IMG/VR virus record: IMGVR_UViG_3300048851_000198
Location: 1 to 37,783 of that record
Reading direction: 5' to 3' (one strand)
Length of the DNA stretch: 37,783 bases
DNA from: a virus
Lineage: Duplodnaviria > Caudoviricetes
In this document: positions 8,110 through 16,686 of the stretch, piece after piece
Layout of the letters: each line of letters opens with the position of its first letter
Position numbering within the stretch: position 1 is the stretch's first letter
The notes under the pieces: generated by a model
What the model was told of the DNA's origin: nothing
Seen by the model: only the letters and a program-made list of their open reading frames with translations
The model's database searches: none
Position numbers and translations under genes: made by a program

Positions 8110-8674
8110 TCACGTAAAAATAACGTTTCCTGAATGCGCTGCATTAGTTTCAAGACTTTTGGCCCACTTTTGGGAAAGCAAAATGGACGGCCAGATGATA
8201 GCCAACATTCAGGGGGACTGGTACAGGGTTTTACAGGATCATTCATTGAAAACAATTGATGCCGTGGTTTTAGAATGGCTTTCCATTGGTAAACGTAAGC
8301 CCACGCCAGCGGATATTTTGGAACTGTGCAACGAAACAGACAGTACGCCAAGCCAGCTTAATAGGTTCCGTAAAATGTATGACCTGCCTGTTAAAGAGCC
8401 GGTACAGGTTAGCCCCGAAGAAAAAGAACCACCTATGCTGGGCTGTCCTATTCGATTGGCAACCTTGATGAGGCAAGCTGAAAAGTACGGACAATCGTTT
8501 GGCGAAGGTTATCAGACCAAGTATTTAAGGGATGGCATCGAGCCACGATGGGCCACGGTTGACCAAGCTAAAATAAGGACTGATATGCCCAGTAGAGAAG
8601 AATTACTGGCCCACATGCCGCCTGAGGCGCGTGTTGCCGCTATAAAGCATGAGAGCGATTGGAAAAGAGATTAA
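7928..8674 (+). CDS. Putative helicase loader/inhibitor-like replication protein (start uncertain)
   Basis: Follows the initiator; DW..VLQD...WL....RKPTPADI motif. Confidence 0.55.
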   Translation: MLTTTTNQNLQDTQLWGKSTEEHLNALSKIDYRGKLPALPSTITTLEKQCLKYLGTTLSANHVKITFPECAALVSRLLAHFWESKMDGQMIANIQGDWYRVLQDHSLKTIDAVVLEWLSIGKRKPTPADILELCNETDSTPSQLNRFRKMYDLPVKEPVQVSPEEKEPPMLGCPIRLATLMRQAEKYGQSFGEGYQTKYLRDGIEPRWATVDQAKIRTDMPSREELLAHMPPEARVAAIKHESDWKRD

Positions 8675-8736
8675 AGCCAAGGAATACGAATACATCGACA
8701 CTTACGAAAACCAACAGATTAACCGAGGAGAGTAAA

Positions 8737-8931
8737 ATGACAAATAATGCCAGATCAAAGATTATCGCACAGGGCATAGAGAACTTGAGGCAGTATGGGT
8801 ATCATCACGTTGACGAGCAGAACATTTTAACGGACGAAATCTACAGTAAGTTCTTTAAGTCCATGCTGGAAAGCAATCTCGGCCGAGGCCATGACGAGCT
8901 TATCAATTCGATAATTACGGATATTAAGTAA
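8737..8931 (+). CDS. Phage hypothetical protein
   Basis: SD GAGGAG before ATG 8737. Confidence 0.65.
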   Translation: MTNNARSKIIAQGIENLRQYGYHHVDEQNILTDEIYSKFFKSMLESNLGRGHDELINSIITDIK

Positions 8932-8960
8932 TTGATTTATTAACACTAGGGAGATATAAG

Positions 8961-9302
8961 ATGACTGACCAAGAAAAGATGCTAATGCTTGATTTACTGC
9001 TGCGTGATATGCGTGGTGCATTTCCTTGCCACGGTGACAAACGGCTTAAGGCCGCAATGTCTTTAGCGGTTGATTTAGGATTAGAGAAACATCAGGATAG
9101 CATAAGTGAATTAGAAACCTATGATTACATGGACGGCAGACATTTCAGAACCTCTGTTGAATATGGTGGATATGAAGGGCTTGAAGATATGCACCGCCTG
9201 AAAGCTACATATTTTGATAAATCCGAAGAATTTAAAGATATGGCTGTAGAGAACATGACCTACCCTGAATATAGGTTTGATGACTGGGAGATAACCCCAT
9301 GA
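8961..9302 (+). CDS. Phage hypothetical protein
   Basis: SD GGGAG; ATGA overlap downstream. Confidence 0.7.
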   Translation: MTDQEKMLMLDLLLRDMRGAFPCHGDKRLKAAMSLAVDLGLEKHQDSISELETYDYMDGRHFRTSVEYGGYEGLEDMHRLKATYFDKSEEFKDMAVENMTYPEYRFDDWEITP

Positions 9303-9508
9303 CCATAAACGATATAGAGTACGCAAAGAACGCCAGCACGGCCCGTGCGGAATTGCTAGATAAATTGAAACTCGCGGAGGATGCTTTGAGGTTTTATGCT
9401 AATGTGAGTGATTATAAGTCACCATTTACTGGAGGGCTTGGTAAACTCTATTATGACTGCGGTACAACCGCCCGAGAAGCGTTGGAAGCCATACAGGTGA
9501 CGAAATGA
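9299..9508 (+). CDS. Phage hypothetical protein (ALRFYA...AREAL type)
   Basis: ATGA overlaps; common small phage motif. Confidence 0.65.
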   Translation: MTINDIEYAKNASTARAELLDKLKLAEDALRFYANVSDYKSPFTGGLGKLYYDCGTTAREALEAIQVTK

Positions 9509-9666
9509 ACAAGATGCAGATAACGCTTTACGATAACGCTGGTAACATCGTTTCCTATGATGAAGTCGAAGCACAAACCGCTACTAAGGAGGAAATTGAT
9601 GCCATGGTTGCATTGATTGATGGTGGTATGAGGGCTTGTGACGCAGCCGCTTTAGTAAAAGGATAA
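9505..9666 (+). CDS. Small hypothetical protein (53 aa), not in the ORF track
   Basis: ATGA overlap; SD AGGTG; fills the operon gap. Confidence 0.55.
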   Translation: MNKMQITLYDNAGNIVSYDEVEAQTATKEEIDAMVALIDGGMRACDAAALVKG

Positions 9667-9672
9667 CACCCA

Positions 9673-9867
9673 ATGACCGAGGAAGAACTACTCACCCAAC
9701 TCCGCATGTCAGGTAAAAGCCCATTCCAGGCATATAAGGAGGCGCTGGGTAAGCTGGAGGTGGCTAAGACGTGTCTTGAATGGTACGCACATCCTGATAC
9801 GTTTAAGTCCACTGAATACGCACAGAAAACAGTCGAAGCAATTAACAACACTGGAGAACAAAAATGA
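9673..9867 (+). CDS. Phage hypothetical protein
   Basis: SD AAGGA; operon context. Confidence 0.6.
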   Translation: MTEEELLTQLRMSGKSPFQAYKEALGKLEVAKTCLEWYAHPDTFKSTEYAQKTVEAINNTGEQK

Positions 9868-10241
9868 CATTCGCTAAAATCACACAATGGGGGCAAGACC
9901 GCAACCTTATCGCTGGAGCTACCCGCCATGCTCAAATGGTAAAGCTAATGGAGGAAGTAGGGGAGCTTGCATCCGGCATAGCAAAGGGTAACGAGGCGCT
10001 TGTCAAGGACAGTATCGGTGACTGTGCCGTGGTGCTGACTATTCTGGCAGCTCAGAGCGGCCTAACAATGCAGGAGTGCATAGACGGGGCATACGAGGAG
10101 ATCAAGGATCGTAAGGGGGTAATGAGGGATGGCGTATTTATCAAGGAAACTAACGAATACACTATGACCACATCAGAACCCTTCCACCCGCAAACAGACG
10201 CAGAAAAAGCAGCATTAAGCCAGAGCGAGGCGCAGGAATGA
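9864..10241 (+). CDS. MazG-like nucleotide pyrophosphohydrolase
   Basis: WGQDRNL...KLMEEVGELA...DSIGD...AYEEIKDRKG..DGVFIKE. Confidence 0.9.
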   Translation: MTFAKITQWGQDRNLIAGATRHAQMVKLMEEVGELASGIAKGNEALVKDSIGDCAVVLTILAAQSGLTMQECIDGAYEEIKDRKGVMRDGVFIKETNEYTMTTSEPFHPQTDAEKAALSQSEAQE

Positions 10242-10447
10242 TGTACCTTACGACAATAGAGGCGGCATTTGCTTATTATACCGAGTGCAATCTGGCCACG
10301 TTAAGCGGGCTTTTGGGTAAAAAGTCATCTGGTAGGCTCGAAAAGGAACGCCAGCAAAGCATCTGTGACGGCATGGTTTATCATTGCAAAGCACACGGAA
10401 TTGATCCGAAAGGTATGCCGCGCCTTATGGGGTTAATGCAAAAATAG
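10238..10447 (+). CDS. Phage hypothetical protein
   Basis: ATGA overlap; SD AGGA. Confidence 0.65.
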   Translation: MMYLTTIEAAFAYYTECNLATLSGLLGKKSSGRLEKERQQSICDGMVYHCKAHGIDPKGMPRLMGLMQK

Positions 10448-10449
10448 TG

Positions 10450-10780
10450 TTGCAATATCATGGGAATGTGGTAGTGTTTATATTCCAGTACGGAGGGTAG
10501 CCCGTCTAATTCTTCGAATAATAGAGCGGGTCGAGCTTACAAAGTTTGACCTGCTTTTATCTAAGTTTTATCCCTGTTAATCAGGTATAAGACACCCTTT
10601 CTTCTCTACGGCATGCCAAGTTGCAGCGGTCGCGACAATGTGGCTTGGAACAACATGCCGTACAGTGGACAGGGCGCGTGGTGGTATCTGGGTCGAAATA
10701 ACCCTGCCTTCAGCCTGAAGCGAAGACGTTCGCCAAATCGAAGTAATACGCTGCCGAGAAGTCTATCGGCCCCTGTCCAA
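10450..10780 (+). ncRNA. Promoter followed by a highly structured non-coding region (putative ncRNA)
   Basis: TTGCAA-N16-TAGTGT; stems TACGGCATG/CATGCCGTA and TGGACAGGG/CCCTGTCCA, the latter enclosing four hairpins. Confidence 0.55.
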
Positions 10781-10781
10781 C

Positions 10782-11258
10782 CTATTTCATACTAAATATC
10801 TTATCAGCCCTGCCTATAAACTCTTTTTCCAGTGTTTTACGTTGTGGAATGTCTTTAGTCGTAACCACTCCGGCGTAGATAATATCCGTATCAAGATCAA
10901 ACTCGACCTCATCCAACTGATAACCCGCTACTGTAAACCATTTCCTGAACAGCGCCTGTCTAGATTTGCCGCGTTTATCCTGTGAATCGCACACATAAAG
11001 CATCACCCTGGAATTGTCCTGAAAGAACTCCTCGGCAATAGTTCCGATAGTAGGAGCCACACGCGGATCAGGTTTACTATCACCTGTACGGCTGAATCCG
11101 AAATAATGGAATGTCATACCGGAAAGCTTTGGAGAGACGTTCTGGACGATAGTTGAAGTAACATCATCGAAGCCATAGGTATAGATCACCCCATGGTCAG
11201 TCTCGAAGAAACTTTGATTATTGAGGGACTTTAACGGATACGGGTTTTGCATTAGCAA
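10782..11258 (-). CDS. DUF6169-like protein (Bacteroidota-type)
   Basis: DPRVAPTI..I.EEFF...VMLYVCDSQDKRGKSRQALFRKWF. Confidence 0.7.
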   Translation of the reverse strand: MLMQNPYPLKSLNNQSFFETDHGVIYTYGFDDVTSTIVQNVSPKLSGMTFHYFGFSRTGDSKPDPRVAPTIGTIAEEFFQDNSRVMLYVCDSQDKRGKSRQALFRKWFTVAGYQLDEVEFDLDTDIIYAGVVTTKDIPQRKTLEKEFIGRADKIFSMK

Positions 11259-11370
11259 TCGCCTTTCCCGATTCCTTCAAGGATTTGGTAAACCGCTCAC
11301 GCTCTTTCAGGAACTGATCGAACACGGGCCGCGCCTCTTTTTTAATTGGTATGATCTTGACTTCGTTCAT
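11218..11370 (-). CDS. Small protein (50 aa) upstream of the DUF6169-like gene
   Basis: ATG 11370 lies 5 nt after a perfect TATATTTG box. Confidence 0.6.
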   Translation of the reverse strand: MNEVKIIPIKKEARPVFDQFLKERERFTKSLKESGKAIANAKPVSVKVPQ

Positions 11371-11375
11371 AATAT

Positions 11376-11406
11376 CAAATATAACTGTTATCAGGACAAA
11401 ATACAA
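11376..11406 (-). promoter_or_regulatory. Bacteroidota-type primary-sigma promoter
   Basis: TTG(11406-11404)-N20-TATATTTG(11383-11376). Confidence 0.75.
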
Positions 11407-11433
11407 GAACGATGCCAGTTTAAAGAAATGATA

Positions 11434-11646
11434 ATGAGCAATGTTGTGCAGTTTAATGGTATGACTACAAAGGCCCTTGAGCCAGATGTTATCATGGACG
11501 ACCTCAAGGGAACGCTAACCAGCCTGTTGTGGATTGGCCGAGACAAAGATGGTCAAGTGTCAGCAGGTTGCAGTGAAGGTGATGCTGGTGAGGCGCTTGT
11601 CCTACTCGAATTGGGGAAACGAATAATTATGGATTGCATAGAATGA
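11434..11646 (+). CDS. Phage hypothetical protein (start reassigned to 11434 or 11428)
   Basis: MSNVVQFNG.T...EPD..M...LLWIG.DKDG is a common small proteobacterial phage protein pattern. Confidence 0.65.
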   Translation: MSNVVQFNGMTTKALEPDVIMDDLKGTLTSLLWIGRDKDGQVSAGCSEGDAGEALVLLELGKRIIMDCIE

Positions 11647-11882
11647 TGGACGAAGCATTGCAGACCTTTAAGATGCACTTTCCCGACTGGTGGTTTACCG
11701 TTGGAACCTGTAAGCTAAGCCGTCATGCAAGCTGTGGCCCAGACATTAGCGGAGCAGATGCGCACCTTTTGGAGGATAAGAGATTTCAAGAGGGCTTTCA
11801 CTGTGACCACGATGGAACTATGGCCGAAGCACTTTTAGACGTTATGAACCAAGGATTGAAGGCAAAATATGACAGACATTAA
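11643..11882 (+). CDS. Phage hypothetical protein
   Basis: ATGA overlap; PDWWFTVGTCKLSRHASCGPD. Confidence 0.65.
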   Translation: MMDEALQTFKMHFPDWWFTVGTCKLSRHASCGPDISGADAHLLEDKRFQEGFHCDHDGTMAEALLDVMNQGLKAKYDRH

Positions 11883-12111
11883 GAACACAGACGCACGACT
11901 AATCCAGTATATCGAGCGTATTGAGCGGCTTCGTGAGGAGCGCAAAGGGATTTCATCTGATATTAATGACGTGTATCAGGAAGTTAAATCCGCTGGTTAC
12001 GAGCCATCAATCGTAAAAGACCTCATCCGTGTACGGGCAATGGACGCAGAGAAGCGCACCGCCCAGCTAGAATTGTTTGACACATACCTCGTCGCTGTAG
12101 GTATGGCATAG
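11869..12111 (+). CDS. gapR: GapR (DUF2312/UPF0335) nucleoid-associated protein
   Basis: RLIQYIERIERLREERKGISSDINDVYQEVKSAGYE..IVKDLIRVR.MD...E.FDTY..AVGM. Confidence 0.93.
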   Translation: MTDIKNTDARLIQYIERIERLREERKGISSDINDVYQEVKSAGYEPSIVKDLIRVRAMDAEKRTAQLELFDTYLVAVGMA

Positions 12112-12117
12112 AATAAA

Positions 12118-12151
12118 AACTCCCTTACATGTGCCGGACACGAAGGGAGTT
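12118..12151. terminator. Hairpin between convergent genes, probable terminator
   Basis: AACTCCCTT...AAGGGAGTT inverted repeat. Confidence 0.5.
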
Positions 12152-12183
12152 AAGGAAGCGAGTGTGTCATAAGGGATTAAACC

Positions 12184-12327
12184 TTATTTCTTCTTGTTTG
12201 GCGCTTGCGAAAGCACCGATCCGGCTAACTTCTTAGAAGTGGTGGAAGAACGACCATCTCTAAGCACTTTTGACGCGAGGGTTGCAATCTTATTGCTACT
12301 CTGCCCGCTATTACTTGATTTTTTCAT
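12184..12327 (-). CDS. 47-aa basic protein MKKSSNSGQSSNKIATLASKVLRDGRSSTTSKKLAGSVLSQAPNKKK, not in the ORF track
   Basis: Hand-translated open frame; ASKVLRDGR.S...K..AGS.LSQ is a recurrent small-protein motif; TAAATTTA box 4 nt before ATG. Confidence 0.75.
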   Translation of the reverse strand: MKKSSNSGQSSNKIATLASKVLRDGRSSTTSKKLAGSVLSQAPNKKK

Positions 12328-12532
12328 ATGTTAAATTTACTAAAGATATTAGACACTTTATTGGGGCTGTTGAAAAGTAAAGGTCAATGTTGACAATTCG
12401 TGGTGAATATGTTGATTTTGAGCGTATTGTCTGGTAAATGTTAATGTATGTGCTACTAAAAAAGGTAGTAAAGAGGTATGATACGTGCTTATCCAGCTTT
12501 ATGCATAATAATCTATTTTAGAATGGCGATTA

Positions 12533-12817
12533 ATGGCTAAAGGCAAGAAAACAGGAGGAAGACAGAAGGGGTCGAAGAACTTTGTTAACGTTGATGTTCG
12601 ATACCTTGCCCAGACGTATGCTGAAAAGGCTCTACAAACCTTGTACGATCTTATGACCTCATCGAAGCAGGACGTTGTAAGAAAAGCCGCCGCTACCGAA
12701 ATACTAGACAGAGCGTATGGGAAACCATCACCCATGGAAGCGCCCAAAGATACGGAAGCAGCAACACCTGTAAACGTCACTGTTGAAGTCGTGGACGCTC
12801 GGAAGCCAGATGCCTAA
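12533..12817 (+). CDS. Probable terminase small subunit
   Basis: KGKKTGGRQKGSKN...AATEILDRAYGKP; overlaps the terL start. Confidence 0.7.
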   Translation: MAKGKKTGGRQKGSKNFVNVDVRYLAQTYAEKALQTLYDLMTSSKQDVVRKAAATEILDRAYGKPSPMEAPKDTEAATPVNVTVEVVDARKPDA

Positions 12818-14081
12818 GCTTAATGTTCCCCAGGCAAGGTTTTTAGAATTACCGCATAAGTTTAAAGCTTTTGTCGCGGGCTTCGGATCGGGCAAAACCT
12901 GGGTTGGATGTGCTGGATTATGCCGCCATTCATGGGAGTTTCCCTATATCAATGCCGGATACTTTGCACCGACCTATGGACAGATACGGGATATTTTTTA
13001 TCCGACCATTGATGAAGTGGCTTCGGATTGGGGGCTTACGACAAAGATACACCTGAGCAATAAAGAGGTTGATCTTTACTGCAACGGCCTATACCGGACG
13101 ACAATCCTGTGTCGATCCATGGAAAAGCCCAGTGATATCGTGGGTTTTAAAATCGGTAAGGGGCTGATCGACGAGCTTGACGTGATGAAAACGGACAAGG
13201 CTGAAATCGCATGGCGGAAGATCATTGCCCGTATGCGCTACAACGAGCCAGGTCTTGTAAATGGGATTGATGTCACAACCACTCCAGAGGGTTTCAAATT
13301 CGTTTATCTGACATTCGTAAAGAACTTACGGGATAACCCCGAATTGCAGGCGATGTATGGAATGGTACAGGCCAGCACATACGATAACGAGATCAATCTA
13401 CCCGAAAGCTATATCCCATCGCTCTTAGCGTCTTACCCGCCTCAGCTTATCGACGCATATTTAAGAGGGCAGTTTGTCAACCTTGCCAGCGGCAGCGTGT
13501 ATCCAAATTTTGATAGGCGCCTTAACCATACAAATGAACGCCTGATTAATCGTGAGCCATTGCACATTGGAATGGACTTTAACGTTATGAACATGACAGC
13601 GATACTGAATGTAATCAGGGATGGATTTCCATTAGTGGTTGGGGAATTAACAGGGGTCAGAGATACACCCACCATGACAAGAATGCTCACTGAACGATAC
13701 GGCCAGCATTCCGTTACGATCTACCCAGATGCCAGTGGTCAGGCTCATAAGTCGGTAAACGCCAGTGAAAGCGATCTTTCAATCCTTCGTCAGAACAAGT
13801 TCAGCGTTCGGGTTGATAAAACCAATCCAGCCGTGAAAGACCGTGTGAACTCCATGAATGCCATGATCCTGAATGCGAATGGAGAAAGACGCCTCAAGAT
13901 TAATACTGATGCCTGCCCGAAGATGACCGAGGCGCTTGAACAGCAGGCCTATGACAAGAATGGTGAGCCGGATAAACTGAACGGTTTGGACCATTGCAAT
14001 GATGCTGAAGGTTATTTCATATCCCAACGCTACCCAATCCGAAGCCGTGGCGTTCAGAAATTCCAGTTACAAGGCGTTTAA
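12810..14081 (+). CDS. terL: Terminase large subunit (start 12810)
   Basis: Walker A AGFGSGKT, Walker B LIDELD, TTTPEG, nuclease GMDFN..YPDASG..DH..DA. Confidence 0.95.
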   Translation: MPKLNVPQARFLELPHKFKAFVAGFGSGKTWVGCAGLCRHSWEFPYINAGYFAPTYGQIRDIFYPTIDEVASDWGLTTKIHLSNKEVDLYCNGLYRTTILCRSMEKPSDIVGFKIGKGLIDELDVMKTDKAEIAWRKIIARMRYNEPGLVNGIDVTTTPEGFKFVYLTFVKNLRDNPELQAMYGMVQASTYDNEINLPESYIPSLLASYPPQLIDAYLRGQFVNLASGSVYPNFDRRLNHTNERLINREPLHIGMDFNVMNMTAILNVIRDGFPLVVGELTGVRDTPTMTRMLTERYGQHSVTIYPDASGQAHKSVNASESDLSILRQNKFSVRVDKTNPAVKDRVNSMNAMILNANGERRLKINTDACPKMTEALEQQAYDKNGEPDKLNGLDHCNDAEGYFISQRYPIRSRGVQKFQLQGV

Positions 14082-14113
14082 ACTTGTGCTACACTACCCA
14101 AAAGAGGTAATAC

Positions 14114-15499
14114 ATGGCCGATCCTGATAGCCTACACGAGCAGTATGTTGAGTTCCTTCCCGTATGGCAGAAGTGCCGTGATGCTCGTGAAGGGCAGAGA
14201 GCTATCCGTAAAGGCGGGGTCAAATACCTTCCATCCCTAATTGGGCAGGAAACCGCCGAATACAACAAATATCGGGACCGCGCAAACTTCTTTAATGCTA
14301 CTGGAAGGACCGTTGAGGCCATGTCCGGTCTGGTATTCCGTAAGCCGATGACGTGGGAGGTTCCAGCCGCAGTCGAGCCGTGGCTTGAAGATATTACACT
14401 GTCTGGTGAAACCCTCACTGACTTTGCCGAGACATGTGTAGTAGAAACAATCACCGTTGCCCGTGACGCCATCCTGGTTGATATGCCCAGAGTAGCTAAT
14501 GATTTAACAAGGGCACAGGCAGAAGCACAACAGATCAGACCCTATCTATCGCTCTATAAGACGGAGAGCATCCTTAACTGGGAGATGGGGCGCGTTAATA
14601 ATGTTTACCAGTATGTCAATGTATGGCTGGCCGAGACATATAAAAACCAAAAGGGAGAGATTGCCGAGCAGATCAGGCAGCTTCGCCTTGATGGGATATA
14701 TTTTCAGGATATTTGGCAGAAAGCCGATAACGGGGAATGGTTCGTATCGGAAACTATCGTCCCTGTAAAGAACGGCGCTAACATCACGGAAATACCATTT
14801 TACCCCATCTCACCACGCAAGACAACGCTTGAGGTTACGGCACCACCTATTGAATCGCTGGCAGACGTAAACATTGCTCATTACCAGAATAGCGCAGACC
14901 TTGAGAACGGCGCTCATATCGCTGGGCAGCCAACTCCTTACGCCACAGGTTTGCAGGACGACGAATCAGGCCCGATATATATAGGCAGTTCGACATTCCT
15001 AACGTTCTCCAATGAGAATACCAAAGTCGGCTTCCTGCAATGCGGATCAGAGGGTTTTGCCACGCTCGAAAAGCTGATGGACCGCAAGGAACAGCAAATG
15101 GCCGCGCTTGGTGCCAGAATGCTTGCACCTGAGAAGAAAGACGCCGAAGCAGCCCAGACACATGAGATTAAACGCGGTGGTGAAAGCAGCATCCTGTCAT
15201 CGACCTGTGGAGTGATTGAGCGTCAGATTGAAAAGGCATTACGTTTTGCAGCAGAGTGGCAGGGCATCACAGGTGAAATATCCGTGGAGCTTAACCGTGA
15301 TTTCTTCCCGCCGAGCTTCACAGGGTCAGACCTTACCGCATGGGTAGCAGCACGTCAGGCAGGAGAGATTTCCAAAGAAACGCTGTTCAATGTTCTTAAG
15401 TACAGCGAATGGCTACCGGATGAACGGACGTTCGAGGAAGAACAGGACGCTATCGCAGCAGATGGGCCAACTTTAGGCGAACTGACAGACAAACCTTAG
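14114..15499 (+). CDS. Portal protein (DUF4055 type)
   Basis: Follows terL; KYLP...Y..Y..RA.F.N.TGRT; PP...LA..NIAHYQNSAD; SD GAGG. Confidence 0.9.
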   Translation: MADPDSLHEQYVEFLPVWQKCRDAREGQRAIRKGGVKYLPSLIGQETAEYNKYRDRANFFNATGRTVEAMSGLVFRKPMTWEVPAAVEPWLEDITLSGETLTDFAETCVVETITVARDAILVDMPRVANDLTRAQAEAQQIRPYLSLYKTESILNWEMGRVNNVYQYVNVWLAETYKNQKGEIAEQIRQLRLDGIYFQDIWQKADNGEWFVSETIVPVKNGANITEIPFYPISPRKTTLEVTAPPIESLADVNIAHYQNSADLENGAHIAGQPTPYATGLQDDESGPIYIGSSTFLTFSNENTKVGFLQCGSEGFATLEKLMDRKEQQMAALGARMLAPEKKDAEAAQTHEIKRGGESSILSSTCGVIERQIEKALRFAAEWQGITGEISVELNRDFFPPSFTGSDLTAWVAARQAGEISKETLFNVLKYSEWLPDERTFEEEQDAIAADGPTLGELTDKP

Positions 15500-15507
15500 C
15501 CATTGAC

Positions 15508-16401
15508 TCAGCTTAGGTTCTTCAATCGTTCTTTGATGAATCGTCTGATTAATCCTTTATATTCTTCCCAATCTATTCCAGCTTCTAGGTCTTGGGTGTA
15601 ATCCGCGAATGTCTCCTGGTTGTCTTTTGTCAGTTCTCTGAAAGTAACAACAAGCTTTTGATCTATAACATCAGGATTAATGACAATTTTGACTATAAGA
15701 CCGGGATCAACCTTATTTTCAACTCCAGCAATAATGCCATATTTGGTGTCATTAGCGGCTTTAAAAAGATGCATCGGGGCATATGGACGCCAGTCGCCTC
15801 CCATAGACGCAGCAATAGAATTAGCGACATCACGGGTTTGATCCGTTAATAAACCGACTATCCCAGTTACCATTTTCTCTGTTTGATATTCCACTCGTTG
15901 TTCTATTCCTTTTCTAATTTCTTCTAGTTCCTCATCACCGGTATCCATCATATTTGTTTTTAAAATGAAGTTTTGAAGCTCGTTTATATTTACAACACTC
16001 AAATCGATTGCCGCCTGAACCCTGGCTAGAACTTCTGCTTTTTTTGGCTCTTTATTTAGCATCATTTCTGTACGTTGCTCCAGTTCCTTTCTATCTTGGC
16101 AACTATCTAGGAGGGTCTTTATGATCGGCACTCCCTCATAAACTTTTGCGCTTTTTCTCAGATTGCATTGAGGGTGCAACACGGTCCAATTCTCATAATC
16201 GTTTATATTGAATTCAGCCGGAAGACCATAGGTTTTAAAGATGTGATCTCGCTCTTCGGGTCTATTTAAAAGTTCTTCGGGCAAAACATGGTCAACGTGA
16301 AAACTGCTGACATCAACCCGCTCTTTGCACCATTGGCAAATTCCGTCAAAAGCTTTGTAAACTGCATATCGCTGATTGTTTTTGAAAGGATATTTAGACA
16401 T
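15508..16401 (-). CDS. HNH endonuclease with long C-terminal region (antisense cargo)
   Basis: CQWC...HVDHVLP...ENWTVLHPQCNLRKS; TATTTTTG box (16413-16406) 4 nt before ATG. Confidence 0.85.
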   Translation of the reverse strand: MSKYPFKNNQRYAVYKAFDGICQWCKERVDVSSFHVDHVLPEELLNRPEERDHIFKTYGLPAEFNINDYENWTVLHPQCNLRKSAKVYEGVPIIKTLLDSCQDRKELEQRTEMMLNKEPKKAEVLARVQAAIDLSVVNINELQNFILKTNMMDTGDEELEEIRKGIEQRVEYQTEKMVTGIVGLLTDQTRDVANSIAASMGGDWRPYAPMHLFKAANDTKYGIIAGVENKVDPGLIVKIVINPDVIDQKLVVTFRELTKDNQETFADYTQDLEAGIDWEEYKGLIRRFIKERLKNLS

Positions 16402-16421
16402 ACTTCAAAAATACATTTTTC

Positions 16422-16449
16422 TTGACTAAAAATTTCGAGGGTTCATACT
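16422..16449 (+). promoter_or_regulatory. Sigma70-type promoter
   Basis: TTGACT-N16-CATACT. Confidence 0.6.
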
Positions 16450-16500
16450 GGTCTTGTCCCGTAGACCTATGGCTAAGCTAATAAGGGAAAGGGGTACGTA

Positions 16501-16686
16501 GTGTGGGAATGTTATAAAATACCATTCGAGAACAGCGCACTAGCGGCCAGAGCCGCTGCAAATATGCGCCGCCCAAAGAGCAAGAAGCTTAAATTACGTG
16601 CTTATAGATGTCCGATGTGTGGCAAGTTTCATATCACGTCACAGGAGCAGGACCCGAAACGGGCGAAGAAGCTAAAGCAGAAATAG
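16501..16686 (+). CDS. Small Zn-finger phage protein
   Basis: C.K..F...A....RAYRCPMCGKFHITS; SD AGGGG. Confidence 0.7.
   Translation: MWECYKIPFENSALAARAAANMRRPKSKKLKLRAYRCPMCGKFHITSQEQDPKRAKKLKQK

Noticed and set aside
10666-10779. Possible tRNA or hammerhead ribozyme
   Set aside because: No T-loop GTTCRA or CCA geometry and no CUGAUGA/GAAA core; kept only as an unclassified structured RNA.
10613-10795. 60-aa ORF
   Set aside because: No SD, no recognisable motif, and it coincides with strong RNA stems.
11221-11433. N-terminal extension of ORF 11221-11646, and similar extensions at 7210, 19862, 33222, 34282 and 35039
   Set aside because: They overlap promoters, RNA elements or opposite-strand genes; downstream starts have better signals.
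12390-12420. Late promoter TTGACA upstream of the terminase genes
   Set aside because: Perfect -35 but no convincing -10 at 16-18 nt, so not listed as a feature.
16450-16500. Third C4-like element
   Set aside because: Only a 5-bp hairpin (GGTCT/AGACC) with weak loop-SD complementarity; no cloverleaf.
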